A stretch of 64,000 nt of DNA from Squalus acanthias (lineage: Eukaryota). The translations under genes and the position numbers were made by a program. Each line of letters begins with the position of its first letter. Position 1 is the first letter of the stretch. This document shows, piece after piece, positions 12,540-21,388 of this stretch. The stretch spans positions 143,842,001 to 143,906,000 of the forward strand of contig CM059432.1 of assembly GCA_030390025.1 (NCBI GenBank), written 5' to 3'. The notes under the pieces were generated by a model. That model was not told where the DNA came from, ran no database searches, and saw nothing but the letters and a program-made list of their open reading frames with translations.

Positions 12540-13150
12540 TTTTTAAATTCATTCTCAGGATGTGGGCATCACTGGCAAGGCCGGCATTAATTTTCTATCC
12601 CTAGTTGCCCCTTGAGAAGGTGATGGTGATCTGCTGCAGTCCTGTGTGGTGAAGGTGCTCCCACAGTGCCGTTAGGGAGGGAGTTCTAGTATTTTGACTC
12701 GGCAACAATGAAAGAACGGCGATGTATGTCAAAGTCAGGATGTTGCATGCCTTGGAGGGGAACTTGGAGGTGGTGGTGTTCCCATGCACCTGCTGCCCTT
12801 GTCCTTCTAGTTGGTAGAGGTCGCGGGTTTGGGAGGTGCTGCCGAAGAAGCCTTGGCGAGTTTCTGCAGTGCCTCCTGTAGATGGGACGCACTGCAGCCA
12901 CGGTACGCCGGTGGTGATGGGAGAGGGGATTTTTTAAAACCAGTGGATGGGGTGCTGATCAAGCAGACTGCTTTGTCCTGAATAGTGTCAAGCTTGAGCG
13001 TTGTTGAAGCTTTACCCATCCAGGCTGGTGGAGAACATTCCATTGCAGTCCTCTGATTTGTGCCTTGAACGTGGTGGAGAGACTGTGGGGAAGCAGGTGA
13101 GCAACTTGCCGCAGAATACCCAGCCTCTGACCTGTTCTAGTAGCCATACC
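12540..13150 (-). mobile_element. 3' fragment of the CR1/L2-clade LINE family seen at 57250-60255
   Basis: ATRTGQRLGILRQV..LDTIQDKA; same 3' tail. Confidence 0.75.
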
Positions 13151-13159
13151 ATTTATAAA

Positions 13160-13612
13160 GAAAAGAAAGACTTGCATTTACATAGCGCCTTTCACAACCA
13201 CCAGACTTCCCAAAGTGCTTTACAGCCAATGCAGTACTTTTGAAGTGTAGTCACTGTTGTAATGTAGGAAACTCAGCAGCCAATTTGCGCACAGCAAGCT
13301 CCCACAAACAGCAATGTGATAATGACCAGATAATCTGTTTTAGTGATGTTGGTTGAGGAATAAATATTGGCCGGAACACCGGGTATAACTCCCCAGCTCT
13401 TCTTCGAAATAGTGCCATGGGATCTTTTACGTCCACCTGAGAGAGCAGACGGGGTCTCGGTTTAATGTCTCATCTGAAAGACGGCACCTCCGACAGCGCA
13501 GCACTCCCTCAGCACGGCACCGGAGTGTCAGCCTAGCTTTTGTGCTCAAGTCTCTGGAGTGGGACTTGAACCCACAACCTTATGACTCGGAGGCAAGGGT
13601 GCTGCCAACTGT
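13160..13612 (-). mobile_element. DeuSINE (SacSINE1/AmnSINE1-like), near full length
   Basis: tRNA-like head (GGGTTCAAGTCCC B box); Deu-domain-like GTGGACGTAAAAGATCCCATGGCACTATTTCGAAGAAGAG; L2-type tail. Confidence 0.75.
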
Positions 13613-14169
13613 GTGACTGGTGTCTGTAATTGTCTTTTTCTGCTTGCTTTGTTTAGTGTATATAAATACTTTAATATTTAACAATTTTTACATTGTTTAG
13701 CGCATATTTTAAAATCATACTACAGTAATAGATATTAAGATGGGACCTTACTTGTTAGTAGGGCTGACTGCTGGTAGGAAATAGTTGCATTCTTTTGCAC
13801 GGCTGTCCTTAAGTGCCATATTTAAGCATTTCAATTTATTCTTCTGCCGTAAAACAAGAATATCTTCATTGGATGAGAGAGTTGTCCCAACAATGAAGTA
13901 AGATGAGCATAAAATTTTGTCTAAAAATGCAGCAAAATTCTTCTATGTATTCGATTTTACAAAAAAATCCTGACTAGTGTTGTGATAAAAGCTACTTTTG
14001 TTTTTGACTCTTTTCACTAGAATATTTGGACACTAATCACTGGCACAATTGAAGATTCAAAAAATTATTAATTGTCGTCAGTGTGTTCAGGGGGCCTATT
14101 TAAAATCCATACCAGTACCACCCATAATTTGATGCACGCGCTTACTTCCCCGTCCTGCACAAGTGCTGA

Positions 14170-14480
14170 TCGTCTTTCAGATGAGACGTTAAACCACGGC
14201 CCCGTCTGCCCCCTCAAGTGGACGTAAAAGATCCCATGGCACTATTTCGAAGAAGAGCAGGGGAGTGCTAGCCAATAGTTATCCCTCAATCAACATTACT
14301 AAAAAAAACAGAGTATCTGGTCTTTATCACATTGCTGTTTGTGGGATCTTGCTGTACGCAAATTGGCTGCCGCGTTTCCTACATTGCAACAGTGGCTATG
14401 AAAGTACCTCAGTGGTTGTAAAGCGCTTTGGGACGTCCTGGGGTCGTGAAAGGCACTATAGAAATGCAAGTCTTGCTTTC
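14170..14480 (+). mobile_element. DeuSINE, 5'-truncated
   Basis: Same Deu-domain-like core and tail as 13160-13612. Confidence 0.75.
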
Positions 14481-15654
14481 TTCTCATTTACTTTTGCGTT
14501 ACTATTCAGTAATCTAGCTCCCTGTTTAACTCGGGAAGAGTGCCGCCTATGTTTGCAAGCCTATGGGAAAGTTCTATATCCTCCAAATAAACTGTGATAT
14601 TCCTGGTACTGTACGGGTACATTATTGTCCAATTTAACTGTTCAAGAAGCGTGGGATTTCCAAACTATGCTTTCCATCCTGTTAATGGGTGGGACCATTC
14701 TGCCTTTTGTCAGCCCAAGTACGGCAGTGCAGGCGCGCACGGCTGTCCAGCTCGTATCTCATCCACTGTGACCATGACACTCCACTTCCTCTGTCCTTGA
14801 AGAGAATCATTCGCAGAGGGTCATTGTCAGGGCTCCTGACACGGTTGATATCAAACTTGCTGATGTAGACTTAGCCTGCTCTTGATGTCATTGAATCTGG
14901 TCTTGCTCCTTATACTAGTCTGTTCAAAGGAGAAGGTAGCATTGACTTTATGGCCTATGTCAGGCCTATTTTTACCAGTTCCTCCACCACCGATAGTCGA
15001 GTAAATGTGCCCCACAGGGTTCTTTTCTTGTTTTTGATGACCTCTTCGATTAGGAAATCCAATACCAATCGATAAACTTTTCCATACGGATAGATTCCTT
15101 CTCTTTTGTCCTAATGCCATCATATGCTCATATTTACAGATACAATCCATCGCCTTTGGCTGTGCACCATTAACAAGCTCTACCATTGATTTTGTGCTTC
15201 ACACCGTGATTGCCTCGAGTTACAGGGTGTCATTGGTAATAGCGGCATGACATGGAATTTATTGCACTTTTTATTGTCTTTTAAATTTTCAGACCTCCAG
15301 CAATATCGATTATATTGGCCGATCAATGATTAGGCAAATCATGTTTTGCTTTGTGAAATAAATATAACACTGCTGCGTGTAAGTCAGCTGAAACCAGTTA
15401 TTAACAATAAAAATCATATTTACGGTCTGGGATTTGTTCCAAAAGTGGGTTTTCCCTTTATCCCTCTTCCTCTGGTGTTTTGTCCCTCTGTATCTGTGTA
15501 CTCCTCTGCTAGTTTCACTCTTCAATGTCTCTTAATAACTAATAACTATAACTAGTACAAGTATTATGGGTGATATTACAGCGATTCCCCCGTTGCCGCC
15601 TGAAATGACCCAGTGGAATAAAAGTTGAGTGCGACCATGACCTTCATAGCCACA

Positions 15655-15843
15655 AAATTGAGAGGTCGCACAACACCAGGTTATAGTCCAACAGTTTTAT
15701 TTGAAATCACAAGCTTTCGGAGCTATCGATTGCTCCTTCCTCAGGTGAAGTAAATTAGATACAGAATCGCCAAAGCATATATAGATAGAAAACAAAGCAT
15801 GTGTACCTTACAATTGCAGACCAGTCCAACACCGGCATCTCCG
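15655..15843. mobile_element. Penelope-like short insertion, same family as 1570-1780
   Basis: Shares ATTGAGAGGTCGCACAACACCAGG... and CCAGTCCAACACCGGCATCTCCG termini; 13-bp TSD CTTCATAGCCACA at 15642-15654 and 15844-15856; hammerhead-like core on -. Confidence 0.75.
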
Positions 15844-15934
15844 CTTCATAGCCACAGACAGAGCTGTGCGGGCAAGTTGACTGTGGCTGCAGGTCTTCAT
15901 GCAGTAGCTGGCACAGCTCCCTGACGGCCTCTTC

Positions 15935-16245
15935 AACAATAACAACAGCAACAACTTGTATTTATATAGCATCTTTAACGTAGTAAAACGTCCCAATGCG
16001 CTTCACAGGAGTGTTATCAAACAAATTTGACACCTAAGGCGATATTAGGACAGATAACCAAAAGCTAAGTCAAAGAGGTAGGTTTTAAGGAGCATCTTAA
16101 TGGAAGAGAGAGAGGGGCGGAGAGGTTTAGGGAGGGAATTCCAGAGCTGAGGGTGTCGGCAACTGAAAGCACAGCCGCCAATGGTGGAACAATTAAAATA
16201 GGGGATGCTCAAGAGGCCAGAATTGGAGGAGTGCAGAGATCTCCG
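15935..16245 (-). mobile_element. L2 LINE 3' tail
   Basis: GGCAFS..PQLWNSLPKPLR..LLKTYLFD; same tail as 52100-52400. Confidence 0.75.
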
Positions 16246-17052
16246 ATTACAGTTTTCCAATACACAGCTCCTCACTAATTCTTCATCGGGTCTGTGTTGA
16301 CGGTATAATTTTTTTTGAGTGGAAGGTAATATCTTGTGGGGTCCAAAAATGTTGCAAAATCCCCAAAAGCTGCCTCATTCTCCTTTCATCCTCTCCTGCT
16401 TGCCCACCATGATATTGGCATATACTTCCTCCTGAGAAGCCCTCACTATTGGGGTTGGGGGCGGCGGGGGGGGGCTCGTCAAAATACATTATCCCAGTGG
16501 CTTGGTTATCTCATGGCTGTACAAAATTCCCTGCATTTCATGCTCACAAAAATGAAAATAAAATTCAGCTGAGAAAGAGCTGATATTCGTGCTCTTATCA
16601 AACCAGTAATGATTGACAATTAAAGAATGCTCTAAATATTGCTGCAGTATCCTTACCTTTGCTGCAGAAAGTGCATAACAGGACATGTAACACCTAAAAT
16701 GTACGGCAGGTTTAACACTGCGGATAAATCTCTGACAGCCTTTCAGCTCAGCTTGATGCCGTTGTCTACAGCAAATGCAACATTATAATTCAATAACACC
16801 AGACTGACCCATTTTTCCATTCACTGATGCAATTATTGAGCTTGATAGTCATGTTGTTAAGCACGGATGAAGGAAAAAAAAATAATCGCTCGCCCACAGT
16901 TTGCACTAACAGTTCTCACTCACTTTGAGGGGTGCTGGGTTTCTCTGGACCTACATAGATACATAGATACATAGAAGATAGGAGCAGGAGTAGGCCATCC
17001 GGCCCTTCGAGCCTGCTCTGCCATTTAATGAGATCATGGCTGATCCTCCAAT

Positions 17053-19998
17053 TCAGTATCCCGTCCCCGCCTTCTCTCCGTAACCCTTAACCCCTTTTGC
17101 CTGTAGAAATATATCTAATTCCCTCTTAAATATATTTAATGAGCTGGCGTACACTGCCCTCTGTGGCAATGAGTTCCACAGGTTCACCACCCTCTGAGTG
17201 AAGAAATTCCCCCTCATTTCTGTCCTAAATGGTTTAGCCCTTATCCTTAAATTATGTCCTCTAGTTCTGTTCTCACCCGCCAAGGGAAACATTCCTTCTG
17301 CATCTAGTCTGTCTTGACCTGTCAGAATTTTATACACTTCTATGAGGTCCCCTCTCAATCTTCTAAACTCCAGTGTGTACATCCCTAAACTACATAGTCT
17401 CTCCTCATAGGTCAATCCCGCCATTCCTGGTATCAGCCTGGTGAATCGCCGCTGCACCCCCTCCATGGCAAGAACATCTTTCCTCAGATGAGGCGACCAA
17501 AACTGTACACAGTACTCGAGGTGTGGTCTCACCAGTGCCCTGTACAGCTGCAGCAAGGTATCCCTGTTCCTGTATTCCAACCCTTTTGCTATGAAGGCCA
17601 GCATACCGTTTGCCTTCTTGACCGCCTGTTGCACCTGCATGCTCGCCTTCAGTGACTGGTGTACAAGAACACCCAGGTCTCTCTGTACTTCCCCCTCTCC
17701 CAATTTATTGCCATTTAAATAATAATTTGCCCTCCCGTTCCTGCACCCAAGGTGGATAACTTCGCACTTGTCCACATTATAGTGCATCTGCCATTTAACC
17801 GCCCAATCACCCAGTCTGTCCAAATCGCTCTGGAGCTTCCTGGTCTCCTCCTCTGAGCCCACCCCCCCTTCTAGTTTAGTGTCGTCTGCAAATTTGGAAA
17901 TGCTGCATCCGACTCCCTGATCCAGGTCATTAATGTAAATTGTGAACAGCTGGGGACCCAGGACAGATCCCTGTGGTACCCCACTTGTTACTGCCTGCCA
18001 TTCAGAAAATGAGCCGTTTATTCCAACTCTCTGTTTTCTATCTGACAGCCAGTTCTCTATCCACGTCAATACTTTCCCCTTTATCCCATGAGCTTCAATT
18101 TTCCATGCTAATCTTTTATGTGGGACCTTGTCGAAGGCCTTTTGGAAGTCCAGGTACACCACATCTACTGGCTCTCCCCCATCTATTTTACCAGTTACTC
18201 CCTCAAAAAATTCCAATAGATTAGTCAAGCACGATTTACCCTTTGTAAATCCATGTTGACTCTGTCCTATCCTGTCCCCATTTGCTAAGTGCTCCGCTAT
18301 TTCATCCTTAATGATGGACTCCAGCATTTTGCCCACAACTGATGTAAGGCTTACAGGTCTGTAATTACCTGCTTTTTCCCTACCCCCCTTTTTGAATAGT
18401 GGGGTAACGTTAGCTACCCTCCAATCCATGGGCACTGTTCCCGAGTCTAATGAATTCTGAAAAATCATACTTAGTGCATCCGCTATCTCTAGGGCCACCT
18501 CCTTCAGTACCCTAGGATGCATGTTATCAGGCCCTGGGGATTTGTCCGCCTTCAATCCCTTTAGCTTCCTTAACACCATATCCTTAGAGATATTGATTTG
18601 CGTCAGTTCTTCCTTTGCCAATGTCCCTATTTTTCCCGATATCCCAGGGAGGTTTTTTGTGTCTTCCTTCGTAAAGACTGACCCAAAGTATGCATTTAGT
18701 TGGTCTGCCATTTCCTTATTTCCCGTTATATATTCCCCCGTATCTGACTGCAATGGACCAACTTTGGTTTTCACCAGTCTTTTCCTCTTGATATACTTAT
18801 AAAAGCTTTTGGAGTTAGTTTTTATATTTTCCGCCAGCTTGCTTTCGTAAGCTATTTTGCCCCTCTTGATTAAGCCCTTTGTCCTCCTTTGCTCTATCTT
18901 AAACTGTTCCCAATCTTCCGCTCTGGTGCTTTTTTTGGCTATTTTATACGCCCTATCTTTGGATTTTATGCTGTCTCTAATTTCCCCTGTTATCCACGGT
19001 TGAGTCACCTTTTTAGATTTCCTTTTATGCCAGATTGGTATAAACAATTTTTGCAATTTTGTCATTCTATCTTTAAATGCTTGCCATTGTTTATCTACCT
19101 CCAGTCCTCCCAGGAACGTTGTCCAATCAGACCTACTCAGTTCCCGTCTAATGGCATCATAATTCCCCTTGTTTAAATTCAGGACCTTAGTCTCTGAGTC
19201 AATTTCTTCGCTCTCCATTTCGAGTGAGAAATCGATCATGTTATGATCGCTCTGACCCAAGGGTCCCCGTACAACAAGATTACTAATTAGTCCCTTCTCA
19301 TTGCACAGTACCCAGTCCAATATAGCCTGTTCCCGAGTTGGTTCCTCGACATATTGATCCAGATAACCATCCCTTAAACACTCAAGGAATTCCTCCTCCT
19401 CATTTTTTTTACTGATTAGGCTAGTCCAATCTATATGTAAGTTAAAGTCACCTATGATGACAGCTGTGCTCTTATTGCACGCTTCTCTAATTTCCCTCGT
19501 GATGCCCTCCCCAACCTCTATTTTGCTATTTGGAGGCCTATATACCACTCCTATTAATGTTTTTCGCCCCTCGCTATTTCTTAGCTCCACCCATATAGAT
19601 TCTGTATTAACTGAGTTAATATCCTTCCTTTCAATTGCATTTATCCCCTCTTTTACCAGCAATGCTACCCCTCCTCCCTTTCTTTTTTGTCGATCCTTCC
19701 TAAATACTGAATACCCCTGTATGTTAAGCTCCCAGCCCTGCTCACCCTGCAACCATGTTTCCGTAATCCCAATTAGATCATAATTATTAACCTCTATTTC
19801 CACAGCTAATTCATCTACCTTGTTCCTGATGCTTCTCGCATTAAGGTATAAAACCCTCAGGCTTTTTTTATGCTCACATTTTTTATGAATTAGTTTGGCC
19901 CTTTGTTTTTTGTTCCTCACCCTTTTACCATTTATATCTGTCTGCCTTTCACTTTCCTCTATTTCACTACATAGGTTTCTAGCCCCCTGCCATACTAG
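17053..19998 (-). CDS. CR1 ORF2: APE endonuclease plus reverse transcriptase (track ORF 17053-19920 starts at GTG; the frame is open back to 20019)
   Basis: EN motifs YLNARS, ITETW, VYRPP, GDFN, SDHN; RT motifs [29 protein letters not shown]; no stops. Confidence 0.95.
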   Translation of the reverse strand, partial: LVWQGARNLCSEIEESERQTDINGKRVRNKKQRAKLIHKKCEHKKSLRVLYLNARSIRNKVDELAVEIEVNNYDLIGITETWLQGEQGWELNIQGYSVFRKDRQKRKGGGVALLVKEGINAIERKDINSVNTESIWVELRNSEGRKTLIGVVYRPPNSKIEVGEGITREIREACNKSTAVIIGDFNLHIDWTSLISKKNEEEEFLECLRDGYLDQYVEEPTREQAILDWVLCNEKGLISNLVVRGPLGQSDHNMIDFSLEMESEEIDSETKVLNLNKGNYDAIRRELSRSDWTTFLGGLEVDKQWQAFKDRMTKLQKLFIPIWHKRKSKKVTQPWITGEIRDSIKSKDRAYKIAKKSTRAEDWEQFKIEQRRTKGLIKRGKIAYESKLAENIKTNSKSFYKYIKRKRLVKTKVGPLQSDTGEYITGNKEMADQLNAYFGSVFTKEDTKNLPGISGKIGTLAKEELTQINISKDMVLRKLKGLKADKSPGPDNMHPRVLKEVALEIADALSMIFQNSLDSGTVPMDWRVANVTPLFKKGGREKAGNYRPVSLTSVVGKMLESIIKDEIAEHLANGDRIGQSQHGFTKGKSCLTNLLEFFEGVTGKIDGGEPVDVVYLDFQKAFDKVPHKRLAWKIEAHGIKGKVLTWIENWLSDRKQRVGINGSFSEWQAVTSGVPQGSVLGPQLFTIYINDLDQGVGCSISKFADDTKLEGGVGSEEETRKLQSDLDRLGDWAVKWQMHYNVDKCEVIHLGCRNGRANYYLNGNKLGEGEVQRDLGVLVHQSLKASMQVQQAVKKANGMLAFIAKGLEYRNRDTLLQLYRALVRPHLEYCVQFWSPHLRKDVLAMEGVQRRFTRLIPGMAGLTYEERLCSLGMYTLEFRRLRGDLIEVYKILTGQDRLDAEGMFPLAGENRTRGHNLRIRAKPFRTEMRGNFFTQRVVNLWNSLPQRAVYASSLNIFKRELDIFLQAKGVKGYGEKAGTGY

Positions 19999-20942
19999 TT
20001 TAAATGCTCCCGAACTGCTTTATCAAAAATTACCCCGAGAACATCAGTTCCATCTTTGCACAGGTGTAGACCGTCCCTTTTGTATAGGTCACACCTACCA
20101 CAAAACTGGTTCCAATGCCTCAAAAATTTAAAACCCTCCCTCTTACACCACTGCTCAAGCCACGTATTTAGCCTAACTATCCTGTTCTCTGTACTCTTAC
20201 TAGCACGTGGCACTGGTAGTAATCCAGAGATTACTACCTTCGAGGTCCTACTTTTTAGCTTGGCTCCTAACTCCCTAAATTCTACTTGTAGGACCTCTTC
20301 CCTTTTTTTAGCTACGTCGTTGGTACCAACATGTATCACGACAACTGGCTGTTCCCCCTCCCCCTCCAGAATGTTCTGCACCCGCGCCGAGACATCCTTG
20401 ACCCTTGCACCAGGGAGGCAACATACCATCCTGGAGTCTCGGTCGCGACCACAGAAACCCCTATCTATTCCCCTTACAATCGAATCCCCTATTACTATAG
20501 CCCTGCCACTCTTTTTCCCTCCCTTCTTTGCAACAGAGCCAGTCATGGTGCCATGAGCCTGGCTGCTGGTGCCTTCCCCCGATGAGTCATCCCCCCCGAC
20601 AACAGCACCTAAGGCGGTAAACCTGTTGCTAAGGGAGACAACCCCAGGGGATTTCTGCACTACCTTCCTGCCCTTGCTCTGCCTTTTGGTCACCCATGTA
20701 CTATCTACGCTGGCCTTAACCTGCGGTGTGACCAACTCACTAAATGTGCTATCCACAACCCTCTCAGAATCGTGGATGCTCCAAAGTGAGTCCATCCGCA
20801 GCTCAAGGGCCGTCATGCGGTCCCACATGAGCTGCAGCTGGACACACTTCCCGCACACATGGTTGTCAGGGACACAGGAAGCGTCCCTGATTTCCCACAT
20901 GTTACAGGAGGAGCATGACACAGGTCCGAGCTCTACTGCCAT
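19995..20942 (-). CDS. CR1 ORF1: CxxC..CxxC zinc finger/leucine zipper plus SGNH esterase-like domain, 315 aa
   Basis: CSSC...CGKC; GDSIVR, HVGTND and DGLH motifs typical of CR1 ORF1 esterase. Confidence 0.92.
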   Translation of the reverse strand: MAVELGPVSCSSCNMWEIRDASCVPDNHVCGKCVQLQLMWDRMTALELRMDSLWSIHDSERVVDSTFSELVTPQVKASVDSTWVTKRQSKGRKVVQKSPGVVSLSNRFTALGAVVGGDDSSGEGTSSQAHGTMTGSVAKKGGKKSGRAIVIGDSIVRGIDRGFCGRDRDSRMVCCLPGARVKDVSARVQNILEGEGEQPVVVIHVGTNDVAKKREEVLQVEFRELGAKLKSRTSKVVISGLLPVPRASKSTENRIVRLNTWLEQWCKREGFKFLRHWNQFCGRCDLYKRDGLHLCKDGTDVLGVIFDKAVREHLN

Positions 20943-21388
20943 GACTTAACCCTTATATTACTTTTTAATTTTCTAGTTTTAGTTTATTTATTGACTTTTG
21001 TTTTCCCGAAGCTTACTTAGACCAATGTATACTGTACTCCTCTTATTCCTTTTTAAACTAACCAAATCCCACTAGTTTTAGTTTTACTTTCTAGGAAGGT
21101 TTGAGGAAAGTACTTACCAGTTAGTCTTACCTCCCTGGTCTTTCGCTGACTTCCCGGTCTTGTGTCCCCTTGGTCCTACGCCGACTTCCCGCTCCTCCCG
21201 GTTACCGTCCTGCCCTGCTGAAAAGAAACTGAGACCAAAAAATTTGTGACCTCTGTTTTTAGACTGCTAAAAGACTAGTAGGTTAGAGGAGGAGGGCGGG
21301 TGGGGGTTCCTACTCTGTAGGAACTCGGGTTTAAGCCACCACCCTCCTTAAATGCCGTTCACCTGGGTGCTTCCCACCTGGTCCGCTT

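Noticed and set aside
14851..15186. 111-aa ORF with weak Myb/SANT-like similarity (KVNA..SKTRFNDIK)
   Set aside because: Too degenerate; at best a Harbinger accessory-gene remnant, not supportable as a gene.
18521..20949. + strand ORFs antisense to CR1 ORF1/ORF2
   Set aside because: Shadow ORFs of the coding strand with no independent evidence.
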